Source of the DNA: an uncultured Actinomycetes bacterium
GTDB lineage: Bacteria; Actinomycetota; Acidimicrobiia; IMCC26256; DASPTH01
DNA: 64,000 bases
Direction of reading: 5' to 3'
NCBI GenBank assembly: GCA_963720785.1
Contig: CAVRGQ010000009.1
Location: 695,813 to 759,812, forward strand
Numbering within the stretch: position 1 is the first letter of the stretch; each line of letters opens with the position of its first letter. The translations under genes were made by a program, and so were the position numbers. Positions 46,443 through 56,171 of the stretch are shown piece by piece. Below the pieces are notes generated by a model. That model was not told where the DNA came from, ran no database searches, and saw only the letters and a list, made by a program, of their open reading frames with translations.

Positions 46443-48038
46443 TCACTCCGTTCTCGCGGCGAGTGCGCGCAGGTCGTCCTTCACCACTTTGCCGGATGCG
46501 TTGAGTGGCAGCGCGTCGACGAACGCGACGCGCCGCGGCACCTTGAAGTTGGCCATCTCGTCGCGCGCCCACGCGATCAGGTCCGCTTCGGTGGGTGCGT
46601 CCTCGCCCGGGCTTCCCGGCGCCCGCACCACGAACGCCATCCCCACCTCACCGAGACGGGCGTCGGGGATGCCGATCACCGACACCTGCGCGATCGCCGG
46701 GTGGCGCAGCAGCAGGTTCTCGATCTCGGCCGGGTACGCGTTGAACCCACCCACGAGGAACATGTCCTTGATGCGCCCGACGATGCGCAGGTAGCCGTCG
46801 GCGTCGAACACACCGAGGTCGCCGGTGTGCAGGAAGCCCTCGGCATCGAACGCGGCTGCGGTGGCGTCGGGGTCGTCGAAGTACTCGCGCATCACCGTGT
46901 CGCCGCGCACGATGACCTCACCGGACTCGCCGACGGCGACCGGCACGCCCGCTTCGTCGACCGTGCGCACCTCGAAGCCGGGCCACACCACACCCACCGT
47001 GGTGGCGACGAGCTCGAAATCGTCGTGGGGCGTACTGCCCGTGAGCGTGCCCGCCTCGGTGAGGCCGTAGCCGGAGAGGATGCGTTCGAACGGCAGCTCG
47101 TCGCGCATGCGCCGGATGAGCTCCACCGGGATGTCTGCACCTCCCGTGACCGCGACGCGCACCGACGAGATGTCGCGCTTCTCGCGGTCGGGGTGGTCGA
47201 GCAGCATCTGGTACACGGTCGGCGGCCCGGGGAACACCGTGATGCGCTCGCGTTCGACGAGCTCGAGCGCGGTCGCCGGATCGAACACCGCGACGGGGAA
47301 CAGGGTGGCGCCGCGCATCATCGACGCGAGGATGCCTGCCTTGTACCCGAAGATGTGGAAGAACGGGTTGGCCGCGAGGTAGCGGTCGCCGGGGCGCAGG
47401 TCGGCCCAGTCGCACCAGTCGAGATAGGCGCGCAGCACCTGGTGGTGCGCCATGACCACGCCCTTGGGCGCGCCGGTGGTGCCGGAGGTGAAGAAGATGT
47501 CGGCGGGGTCGTCGGGGCCGACACCGTCGATGCGGGCGTCGATCTCGGCGTCGGCAACGCGCGCGCCGGCGGCGGTGAAGTCGCCCCAGGCGACCTCGTC
47601 ACCCTCGGGCTCGCCGGCGAGCAGCACCGTCTGGTCGAGCCCGGGCAACGCCTCGCCCGCGGCGGTGAGCAGCGCCGGGTAGTCGGTGTCGAGGAAGCCC
47701 CGGGTGGTGCAGAGCACGCGGGCCCGGCTGCGGCCCAGGATGTACGCGGCCTCGGCGCCCTTGAAGCGGGTGCTCACCGGGACCATCACGCCGCCCGCAG
47801 TCGTGATCGACAGCGCGGCGGCCACCCAGTCGAGGGAGTTGGGCGCCCACATGGCCACTCGGTCGCCCGGCTCGACCCCGGCCGCGACCAGGCCGCGGGC
47901 CCCGTCGCGCACCATCCTGCCGACCTCGGCGAACGTCACCCGGCGGTCGCCGTCGACCACGGCCAGGCGCCCGGCAGCACGGTCTGCCGCCTCGCGCACC
48001 ATCGCCGGGATGCTCGGCCAGGTCACCTCGCTGCGCAC
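46443..48038 (-). CDS. AMP-dependent acyl-CoA synthetase/ligase (ligase-1)
   Basis: 531-aa ORF with the AMP motifs FTSGTTGAPKGV, GYGLTE, TGDLG and the terminal SGKVVK. Confidence 0.9.
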   Translation of the reverse strand: MRSEVTWPSIPAMVREAADRAAGRLAVVDGDRRVTFAEVGRMVRDGARGLVAAGVEPGDRVAMWAPNSLDWVAAALSITTAGGVMVPVSTRFKGAEAAYILGRSRARVLCTTRGFLDTDYPALLTAAGEALPGLDQTVLLAGEPEGDEVAWGDFTAAGARVADAEIDARIDGVGPDDPADIFFTSGTTGAPKGVVMAHHQVLRAYLDWCDWADLRPGDRYLAANPFFHIFGYKAGILASMMRGATLFPVAVFDPATALELVERERITVFPGPPTVYQMLLDHPDREKRDISSVRVAVTGGADIPVELIRRMRDELPFERILSGYGLTEAGTLTGSTPHDDFELVATTVGVVWPGFEVRTVDEAGVPVAVGESGEVIVRGDTVMREYFDDPDATAAAFDAEGFLHTGDLGVFDADGYLRIVGRIKDMFLVGGFNAYPAEIENLLLRHPAIAQVSVIGIPDARLGEVGMAFVVRAPGSPGEDAPTEADLIAWARDEMANFKVPRRVAFVDALPLNASGKVVKDDLRALAARTE

Positions 48039-48124
48039 GTTCGCCTCTCCCCCCGGAACGAGAGAACGAGCCTATCCTTGAGCGAGAGTCGCTTTCACCC
48101 TCGCCTGGGACGGGCCGGAAGAAA

Positions 48125-49170
48125 TTGGACCACGACCAAAACTACTACGCACTCCGGGTCGCCGCCGTGGTCGAGGAGACCGCCGACACCCGCTCCTTCG
48201 TGCTGGAGGTCCCCGCCGAGTTGGCGGCGGAGTTCGACTACGAGGCGGGCCAGTTCTGCACCTTCCGGGCCAGCATCCCGGGAGCCGTCGGCGGCCACGA
48301 AGTCGTGCGCTGCTACTCGATGTCGAGCACGCCGCACCCGGGCGACACCACCCTCACCGTCACCGTGAAGCGGGTGCCCGACGGCGTGATGTCGAACTGG
48401 ATGATCGACACCCTCGAGCCGGGCGCCACCATCGAGGCGATGCGCCCGTCGGGCCTGTTCGTGCTGCAGGACCAGGGCGCCGGAATCCCGATCGTCGCGT
48501 TCGGCGGCGGGAGCGGCATCACCCCGATCCTCTCGATCGTCGAGACCGCGCTCGCCACCACCGACCGGCCCATCACCCTCGTGTACGCCAACCGCGACGC
48601 CGACTCCGTGATCTTCGACGCGCGACTCCGCGCGCTCGCGGCCGGCTCCGGCGGACGGCTCACGGTGCACTTCCACCTGGACACGGAGGCCGGCTACCTC
48701 ACCCCCGCCGATTGCGCGCGTCTCGTCGGCGACGCGGTGCCCGACGCCACCACCGCCGACTTCTACGTGTGCGGCCCCGGCCCCTACATGGACGTGGTCG
48801 AGTCCGCGGTCGCCACGCTCGGCATCTCCCCCGCGCACCTGTTCATCGAGCGCTTCGTGGTGCCCGGCGAGCACGTGCTCGAGGAGCGCTCGGGCACCGA
48901 GTCGGTCACCATCCGGCTCAACGGCCGCAAGACCACCGTCGACTACCGCATGGGCGACAGCATCCTCGACACCGCGGACGCGGCGGCCTCAAGCCGCCGT
49001 TCTCCTGCGAGTCGGGCAGTTGCGCCACCTGCATGGCCCACCTCGACGAGGGCTCGGCCACCATGCGGGTCAACAACGCGCTGCGCCCCGACGAGGTCGA
49101 CGACGGCTGGGTGCTCACCTGCCAGGCCGTCCCCCAGTCCCGCACCCTCACCGTCGACTACGACGCCTGA
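48125..49170 (+). pseudogene. ferredoxin-NAD(P) reductase-type oxygenase reductase with C-terminal plant-type 2Fe-2S domain (KshB/PaaE-like), frame broken once (-1) near 48981-48988
   Basis: The FNR-like part (RCYSMSS, GGGSGITP, YVCGPGPYM) reads in the frame of ORF 48125..49357 up to ILDTADAA. It continues as GLKPPFSCESGSCATCMAHL ... VLTCQA in the frame of ORF 48712..49170. Length is 1046 nt = 3n-1. The start is a TTG and is uncertain. Confidence 0.75.
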
Positions 49171-49184
49171 CCTCGCCACTTCTC

Positions 49185-49238
49185 CCGTTTTGGCGTCACC
49201 AGAGGTCGCTATAGCGGCGCGTGGTGACGCCAAAACGG
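49185..49238. repeat. 54-bp nested palindrome between convergent genes (likely bidirectional terminator), with architecture related to the 51-bp elements
   Basis: CCGTTTTGGCGTCACCA (49185-49201) pairs with TGGTGACGCCAAAACGG (49222-49238). The centre contains the inner palindrome CGCTATAGCG. It shares the GGCGTCA...TGACGCC core with the elements at 12931 and 15115. Confidence 0.75.
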
Positions 49239-49239
49239 A

Positions 49240-50182
49240 TCAGGTCAGGGTGGCGACGAGGGTTTCGGTGCGGTCGCGGGAGGCGATGCGCTCGTCGCGG
49301 GACTTGCCCCAGGGGACGACGCGCACGGCGATGTCGGTCGCGCCGGCGTCGGCGTAACGCGCGAGGCGGGCCGCGATCGCGGCTTCGTCGCCGACGGCGG
49401 CCATGTCGCCCACGTCGGACGCGTTCCCGCGCTCGAGCAGCGTCTGGTAGTTCGGCGAGTACTCGGCGTGAGCGAGCGCGCGGTTGGTCCACGCGCGCAC
49501 GTCGTCCTCCTCGCCGGCCGTGCACACCGTGACCGGCACGCCGGCGACGACCCGCGGCGCGGGCTTCCCCGCTCCGGCGGCGGCCTCGGTGATGCGCGGC
49601 ACGATGTGCTCACCGATGGCGCGCTCGTCGGCCATCCAGAGGATGGTGCCGTCGGCGAGCTCGCCCGCGGCGCGCAACATCGTGGGCCCGAGCGCGGCCA
49701 CGAGCACCGGCACGGGGAGGTCGGTCACGTCGAGCGGGTTGTGGACCGTGTACCAGTCGTTCTCCACGTCGACCGGGCCCGGCCCCGCGAACGCGACGCG
49801 CAGTACCTCGAGGTACGCACGCGCCTGCGCGGCGGGTTTCTCGTAGGGCAGACCCATCATGTCGGCGACGATCCAGTGGTGCGACGGGCCGAGCCCGAGC
49901 ACGAACCGGCCACCGCACGCGGCCTGGGTGGACAGTGCCTGTTGCGCCATCGCCACCGGGTGGCGCGACTGGATCGGCATCACCGCGGTGCCGAGTTCCA
50001 CCCGGTCCGTGACCTGGCCCATGAGGGCGATCGCGGTGAGGGCGTCGAAGTCGTCGGGGAGTTGCGGCACCCACACGGAGTGGTAGCCGAGCTCCTCGGC
50101 GCGCCGCCGCGCCCTCGAGCAGCTTCGCGACCTTCTCGGGATAGCGGCCCCGCTCCGGGCCGAGCTGGAGTCCGATGCGCAT
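49240..50182 (-). pseudogene. LLM-class (luciferase-like) probable F420-dependent oxidoreductase, frame broken once (+1) near 50100-50112
   Basis: MRIGLQLGPERGRYPEKVAKLLEGAA reads in the frame of ORF 49610..50182. It continues as RAEELGYHSVWVPQLPDDFDALT ... in the frame of ORF 49240..51081. Length is 943 nt = 3n+1. Confidence 0.75.
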
Positions 50183-50304
50183 GGGCGGACCCTAGCCACG
50201 CAAGCTCCGGGCGGCAACCTCGTTCTCACATCCGAGAGGGTGCCTTGCAGGCGCCCCGGCCCGCGTCCATACTCTGGCGTCCGCACGGGAACGAGGGGGA
50301 ACAG

Positions 50305-51051
50305 ATGGGCAACCGGGTCGCAGTGGTCACCGGCGGTGGCGCCGGCATGGGATTGGCGATCGCGCAACACCTGGCGCGTCGCGGCGACCGGGTGGCGGTG
50401 ATCGACCTGCGCGCCGAGGTGGCCGAAGCCGCCGCCGCGGGCATCCGCGCCGAGGGCGGCACCGCCATCGGCTGCGCGGCCGACGTCTCCGACCGTGCCG
50501 CGGTGGCCGCGGCCTACGACGCGGTGCGCGCCGAGTTCGGGCCGATCGAGATCCTCGTGACCAGCGCGGGCATCGACGAGTTCACGCCCTTCACCGAGAT
50601 CAGCGTGGACGAGTGGCAGCGCGTCATCGACGTGAACCTCACCGGCACGTTCCACTGCATCCAGCTCGCGATCGGCGACATGCTCGACGCGGGCTTCGGC
50701 CGCATCCTCACCATCTCGTCGTCGAGCGCGCAGTCGGGCGCGAAGAACATGGGGCACTACGTCGCGTCGAAGGGCGGCGTGATCGGCCTCACCAAGGCAC
50801 TGGCCATCGAGTACGCCCGCAACGGGATCACCGTGAACACCATCCCGCCCGCGTTCATCGACACGCCGATGTCGCGCCGCGCCGAGGAGCGCGGTGACCT
50901 CCCCGACATGGACGCGATCGCCAAGCGCACGCCGATGGGGCGCGCGGGCACGCCCGACGACATCGCCGCGGCCGCGGCGTTCGTCACCAGCGACGACGCC
51001 GGCTACATCAGCGGCCAATCGATCAACGTCAACGGGGCGATGTACCTGTGA
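50305..51051 (+). CDS. SDR family oxidoreductase (FabG-like)
   Basis: ATG at 50305: NRVAVVTGGGAGMGLAIA, TSAG, YVASKGGV, PPAFIDTPM. Confidence 0.9.
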   Translation: MGNRVAVVTGGGAGMGLAIAQHLARRGDRVAVIDLRAEVAEAAAAGIRAEGGTAIGCAADVSDRAAVAAAYDAVRAEFGPIEILVTSAGIDEFTPFTEISVDEWQRVIDVNLTGTFHCIQLAIGDMLDAGFGRILTISSSSAQSGAKNMGHYVASKGGVIGLTKALAIEYARNGITVNTIPPAFIDTPMSRRAEERGDLPDMDAIAKRTPMGRAGTPDDIAAAAAFVTSDDAGYISGQSINVNGAMYL

Positions 51052-51653
51052 CCGACACGGCGGGTAGGCCGCGCATCGCACCCCTCCCCGCCGCCGAGTG
51101 GGGCGACGACGAGCAACGCGCCATCGCCGGCGCGTTCGGTGACGCTGCGGTCGCGAGCTTCCGCTCCGGCGAGCGCCCGTGCCCGAACGTGGTCACCACG
51201 CTGGCGCGCCACCCCACGCTCTCCGGCTCGTGGCTCAAGTTCAACAACGTGTTGTTCCGCGACCTCGAGCTCGACCCACGCCTGCGCGAGCTCGCGATCC
51301 TGCGGGTCGCGTCGCGCACCGACGCCGAGTACGAGTGGGCGCAACACGTGCGCCTCGCCCAGCAGCAGCTCGGCGTCACCGACGACGAAGTGGATGCCGC
51401 TGGCAGCGGCGCGACCCACGGCTGGACCCCGATCGAGGCCGCCGTGCTCGACGCCACCGACGAGCTCGTCGCCGACCACGTCATCAGCGACGCCACGTAC
51501 GCGCGGCTGGCCGAGCACATGGACGACCGGATGATCATGGAGCTGACGTTCGCGATCGGCGCCTACACGTGCCTCGCAATGGTGTTCAACACCTGCGGCA
51601 TGCAGCTCGACGACGACCTGATCGGGACCGGCCGGCCCTTCCCTGGCAAGTAG
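51048..51653 (+). CDS. carboxymuconolactone decarboxylase (AhpD-like) family protein
   Basis: 201-aa ORF whose GTG overlaps the SDR stop. LRELAILRVASRTDAEYEWAQHVRLA is typical of the CMD family. Confidence 0.75.
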   Translation: MTDTAGRPRIAPLPAAEWGDDEQRAIAGAFGDAAVASFRSGERPCPNVVTTLARHPTLSGSWLKFNNVLFRDLELDPRLRELAILRVASRTDAEYEWAQHVRLAQQQLGVTDDEVDAAGSGATHGWTPIEAAVLDATDELVADHVISDATYARLAEHMDDRMIMELTFAIGAYTCLAMVFNTCGMQLDDDLIGTGRPFPGK

Positions 51654-51666
51654 GCCCGCTCCCGCG

Positions 51667-52003
51667 TCAGACGGCCGGCAGCACCAGAGGTGTCCAGTCG
51701 GCCGCGCCGCTGTCGGGCACGCGCTGCTGGCGCCACACCTCGATCGGGAACGACACGTTGCACAGCGCGCAGTAGAGCCACAGCAGGTTGACGCCCTCGT
51801 CGGAGAGCTCGTCGACCGGGTACTGCTCGAGGTAGGCGAGCACGTCGTCGATACGGGCCATCGCCGTGTCGTAGAACGTCTGCAGGTCGTCCATCGACGC
51901 GTCGAGCCGCCGCGAGGTAGCGCGCCCGCTGGTCGGGGAGCACCCACTGCTCGGTGAACGGCTGGAGGTCCTCGAACCCCGCGGGGAGCGCGTGCGCGGT
52001 CAC
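51667..52003 (-). pseudogene. small hypothetical protein (about 112 aa) coupled to the Rieske oxygenase, frame broken once (+1) near 51901-51913
   Basis: GTG at 52003 overlaps the Rieske stop (GTGA). VTAHALPAGFEDLQPFTEQWVLPDQRARYLAA continues as LDASMDDLQTFYDTAMARIDDVLAYLEQYPVDELSDEG ... in the frame of ORF 51667..51894. I recognised no family. Confidence 0.5.
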
Positions 52004-53281
52004 TGGGCACCTGCCTTCGTGGTGTCGCCGGCTTGCGCCTGCCAGTCGGCGACGTACTGACGCGCCGTCGTGTGCAGGTGGCGCAGCAGGATCTCCTGGT
52101 CGCAGAGCGGGAACTCGGTGATCGCCTGCGTCTCGAGCATCGTCTGCGTGGCCTCGAGCGTGTTGCCGTCCTGCAGCGCATATTCGACGAACGTGACCAT
52201 CGAGAGCTCCTGGGTGAGCCGCTCGCGCGCGTTCTTCGGCGGCACGAAGTACGCGGTGCCCTCGAAGATGTGCGTGTTGTGGCTGGTCGGCCAGTAGTGG
52301 TACGTGAGGATCCACTGGCGTTCCCAGATGAGGATCATGAAGTTCGGGAAGAAGAGGAACGAGTCCTCACCCCACGCGCGGTGCTCCGCGGGGTTGAGTC
52401 CCGACGGCAGCTCGGGCACCACGTCGGGCGAGTCCCACGGGCCGAAGAGACCGGCGCGCAGCTTGCGCTCGATCGGCTTCACCATGCTCTCGTCCTTCGG
52501 CGGCGACATGCCGCCCCACGACGACACGACGTTGTGCGGGCCGTCGACCTCGTACCAGAGCGCTTCGTAGCCGTAGCCCGCGAGCTTGCGCGACTCCTCC
52601 TCCACCGCCTGGCGGCCATGGAGAATCGGTGCGTGGTAGAACTCGGTGAAGGCGTCGATGAAGAGCTTCCAGTTGCTCCCGACCTCCGCCCGGTACTTGT
52701 AGACCTGCGTGAACTCGTGGAACGGGTAGCCCTCCAACTTGCGGAGCATCGTCCCGAGATAGTCGGTGAGCGGTGCGGCATCGTCGTCGAAGTTGACGAA
52801 GATCCAGCCCTCCCACACTTCGAGGCGCACCGACCGCAACGGCCAGTCGGCCTTGTCGAAGTCGAAGAACTCCTCTTCCTGCTGCACGAACTGCAGGTCG
52901 CCCTCGAGGTTGTACTCCCACCCGTGGTACTTGCAGGTGAACGCACGGCAGGAGCCGCTCACTTCTTCGTTCGGGAAGTCCTGCCACACGAGCTTGTTCC
53001 CGCGGTGACGGCAGATGTTGTAGAAGGCGCGGTACTCGTCGGGCCCGGAGCGCACGATCACCACGGACGCGCCGGCCGCGGCGATCTCCTTGGTGAAGTA
53101 GCTGCCCACCCGCTTGAGTCTGCTCGACCCGGCCGAGGTTCAGCCAGGTGCGGCGGAAGATCGCGTCACGCTCGAGTTCGTAGTGCTCCGGGCTGATCGA
53201 GTCCTGGTACGACACCGGCTTCGTGTCGATCCCGTAGTGCTCGGTCCAGCTGCCCTCGGCAGGCTTGGGGAAGTGCGGCAC
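52000..53281 (-). pseudogene. Rieske 2Fe-2S aromatic-ring-hydroxylating oxygenase alpha subunit, frame broken once (+1) near 53119
   Basis: GTG at 53281: VPHFPKPAEGSWTEHYG ... FRRTWLNLGRVEQ reads in the frame of ORF 52367..53326. It continues as LKRVGSYFTKEI ... CRHRGNKLVW ... CKYHGWEY (Rieske CxH/CxxH) ... FTEFYHAPILH (mononuclear iron site) in the frame of ORF 52000..53109. Length is 1282 nt = 3n+1. Confidence 0.8.
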
Positions 53282-53338
53282 GGCAGTGTCCTCTCGTCGC
53301 GTGCTGCGGCCGAACGAATGTAACACGCCCTCTCCGAA

Positions 53339-53357
53339 ATGAGAAGGCCCTTCTCAT
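53339..53357. promoter_or_regulatory. perfect 9-1-9 palindrome ATGAGAAGG-C-CCTTCTCAT upstream of the Rieske operon
   Basis: Read directly. It is AT-rich relative to its surroundings. It lies between the HIBADH-like stop (53364) and the Rieske start (53281). The half-site ATGAGAAGG recurs at 56084-56092. Confidence 0.45.
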
Positions 53358-53363
53358 CGGACC

Positions 53364-54233
53364 TCAGCCCTCGCCGCTGCCCTCGCCGCAGAGCCAGGGG
53401 TAGATGCGGGTGAAGTCGGCACCGGGCTCCTCGGCGGCGAACCGGGCCCACTGGCCGGCGACCACCTCGGACATCACCGACGGCCCGCCCCCGCCCGCCA
53501 CCTCGCCGAGGTAGAGGCCCACGTCCTTGGCCATCAGCGAGTTGCTGAACCCCGAGGCGTACCGGCCGGTGAGCACGTGGTTGGGGAACTTGTCGTCGGT
53601 GGCGCTGTTGTGCCCGCTCGACGCGTTGAGCACGTCGAGCATCGTCGCGAGGTCGAGCCCCGAGGCGAGGCCGAAGGCCACGGCCTCGCTGGTGGCGGCG
53701 AGCGCGGTGGCCGAGAGGAAGTTGTTCGCCAGCTTCATCGCCTGCGCGGGGCCGGCGCGGTCGCCCACGCGGTGGCGGCGGTCGCTCAGGCCGGCGAGCA
53801 CCGGCTCGACCGCGGCGCACACGTCGTCGGGGGCCGCGTACATCACTGCCAGCGTGCGCCGGCGAGCCCCGGCCACTCCCCCCGACACCGGCGCGTCGAC
53901 GTACGCGACACCCGAGCCGGCGAGGAGTGCCACGATCGCGACCGCGGCACGCGGACCGACGGTCGAGGTGTCGATCACATGGGTGGTTGCCCGGTCGTCG
54001 GCGGCGACGATCTCACGCGCGACCGCCTCGGACGCGACGCCGTCGGGCAGGCTGCACACGACGACCGCCGCGGCGCGCGCCACCGCGGCGACGTCGGCGA
54101 CGAACTGCACGCCCTCGGGGGCGCGGTCGGGGCCCGACGCGTCGAACCCGAGCACCTCGTGCCCGGCGCCCACGAGGTTGCCCGCCAGCGCGCTCCCCAT
54201 GTTGCCGAGGCCGACGAAGCCCACGACGCTCAT
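53364..54233 (-). CDS. NAD(P)-dependent beta-hydroxyacid dehydrogenase (3-hydroxyisobutyrate dehydrogenase family)
   Basis: The C-terminal 289 aa of the giant ORF 53364..57692, from the ATG at 54233: MSVVGFVGLGNMGSALAGNL ... VDAPVSGG ... MKLANNFL. Confidence 0.85.
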   Translation of the reverse strand: MSVVGFVGLGNMGSALAGNLVGAGHEVLGFDASGPDRAPEGVQFVADVAAVARAAAVVVCSLPDGVASEAVAREIVAADDRATTHVIDTSTVGPRAAVAIVALLAGSGVAYVDAPVSGGVAGARRRTLAVMYAAPDDVCAAVEPVLAGLSDRRHRVGDRAGPAQAMKLANNFLSATALAATSEAVAFGLASGLDLATMLDVLNASSGHNSATDDKFPNHVLTGRYASGFSNSLMAKDVGLYLGEVAGGGGPSVMSEVVAGQWARFAAEEPGADFTRIYPWLCGEGSGEG

Positions 54234-54622
54234 CGCGCGTCCTTCGCCGAACGCGCCGCGCGCACCTTCGCCAGCGATCGCTTCGCCGAGACCGCGGCGG
54301 GCGCGCCGGCATACGCGGCGATCTGGAACAGCAGCTCGTCGACCTCGTCGTCGGTGACGCCCGCGTTGTGGCACGCGCCGGCGTGGAGCTCGAACTCCTC
54401 CGTGCGCCCGAGCGAAGCGGTGATCGCGAGCACGAGCAGGCTGCGGTCGCGCAGGCTCAACGGCCCTTCGCGCGTCCAGACGCCCCACGCGGAGCGCGTG
54501 AGGTGGTCCTGGAACTCGCGCAACGTGGGGTTGGGGTCGGCCGTCTGCGCGTCGACGTACTCGTCGCCGAGGATCCGGCGGCGCATCGCGCGCGCCGCGT
54601 CCAACTGCTGCTGCTCGTCCAC
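54230..54622 (-). CDS. carboxymuconolactone decarboxylase family protein (PcaC-like, about 130 aa)
   Basis: 130-aa ORF: LSLRDRSLLVLAITASLGRTEEFELHAGACHNAGVTDDEVDELLFQIAAYAGAPAA. Its stop overlaps the downstream ATG. Confidence 0.8.
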   Translation of the reverse strand: MDEQQQLDAARAMRRRILGDEYVDAQTADPNPTLREFQDHLTRSAWGVWTREGPLSLRDRSLLVLAITASLGRTEEFELHAGACHNAGVTDDEVDELLFQIAAYAGAPAAVSAKRSLAKVRAARSAKDAR

Positions 54623-54640
54623 CGCGGTACTCCTGTCGTC

Positions 54641-56057
54641 TCAGCCCAGCGAGAGGCTGACGGTCTTGGTCTGGGCGTAGTCGTGCAGGGCCTCGATGCC
54701 CTTCTCGCGGCCGTAGCCGCTCTGTTTGAAGCCGCCAAAGGGCGTCTCGATGGTGAGCGGGCCACCGTTCACCGCCACCTGGCCGGCGTCGATGCGCTCG
54801 GCCACGCGCAACCCGCGCGCGACGTCGCCTGACCACACTGCGCCGACGAGCCCGTAGTCGGTGTCGTTGGCGCGCGTGACGGCGTCGTCCTCGTCGGCGA
54901 ACGGCATGGTCACCAGGACGGGTCCGAACACCTCCTCGCGCGCGATCGGTGCCTGCGGGTCGACCCCCACGTACACGGTGGGTTGCACGTAGAAGCCTTC
55001 GGCTCCCGGTCCATCGCCGTATGCGGCACCGCCCACTGCGGGCATCAGCCCCGCCTCGCGCGCGCTGGCGAAGTGCGCGAGCACCTTGGCGTGTTGCGCT
55101 TCGGTGATCATGGGCCCGAAGTCGGTGGCCGGCTGCAGCTTCGCGACCGCGTCGGCCACGCGCGTCGCGACCTCGTCGTGCACCGACTCCTCCACGAGGA
55201 GACGCGTGAGCGCGGAGCACACCTGGCCGGTGTTGAACGCGACCGCGTTGACCGCGGCGGCCACCGCGCGATCGAGATCCGCATCGGCGAACACCACGAG
55301 TGGCGACTTGCCGCCGAGCTCCAGGGTCATCGGGAGCAGCCGGTCGGCGGCGAGCGCGGCGAGCTGCTTGCCGGTGGCGACCGAACCGGTGAACGCGACC
55401 CGCCGCACGAGCGGGTGGGTCACGAGCGGCGTGCCGACATCGGGGCCGGTGCCGGTGACGACGTTCAGTACGCCGTCGGGCAACCCCGCCTCGCTCGCGA
55501 GCTGCGCCAACCGCAGCGTGGACACCGACGTGAACTCCGACGGCTTCACCACCACCGCATTGCCGACCGCGAGGGCGGGCGCCACCGCACGCGCCGTCTG
55601 GTTGAGGGGGAGGTTCCACGGCGTGATCACCCCCACCACGCCGAAGGGCTCGAGGCGCGTGTAGGTGTGGGCGCCGGCGCCGAGGTCGACGGTGCGGCCG
55701 CCGAAGGACGCGGACGATGCCGGCGTAGTAGCGGAAGTAGGCGACCGACAGATCGACCTCGTTGCGGGCCTGCCCCGGGAGCTTGCCGGTGCACGCCCGC
55801 TCGAGCGCCACCAGCTCCTCGGTGGCCTGTTCGGCGGCGTCGGCCACCGCGTGCAGCGCATCGGCGCGGTCCCCCGCCGAGCCCCCGGCCCAGGCGGGCT
55901 GAGCCGCCGCCGCGGCGCGCACCGCGGCGTCGACGTCGGGCTCGGTGCCACCGGCGATCTCGTCACCGGGGCGGCGGGTGGCCGGTTCGATCGTGGGGAG
56001 GTGCCCACCCGCGGCGGGGGCGACCGCCGCGCCGTCGATCCAGTGCTCGTGGCGCAT
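54641..56057 (-). pseudogene. aldehyde dehydrogenase family protein (ALDH-2), frame broken once (+1) near 55709
   Basis: ATG at 56057: MRHEHWIDGAAV ... DLSVAYFRYYAGIVR reads in the frame of ORF 53364..57692. It continues as SFGGRTVDLG ... ITPWNLPLNQ ... ELGGKSP ... FNTGQVCSA in the frame of ORF 54641..56476. Length is 1417 nt = 3n+1. Confidence 0.85.
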
Positions 56058-56171
56058 CGACCGCTCCCGGGCTCGGAGGGGACATGAGAAGGGCGTTCTT
56101 CGCAGACTACAAGGGCACTTGCAGAGCCCGCGCGGGGCGGCGAAGCTGTCGCCTCCGACGAGGGGGGACGA

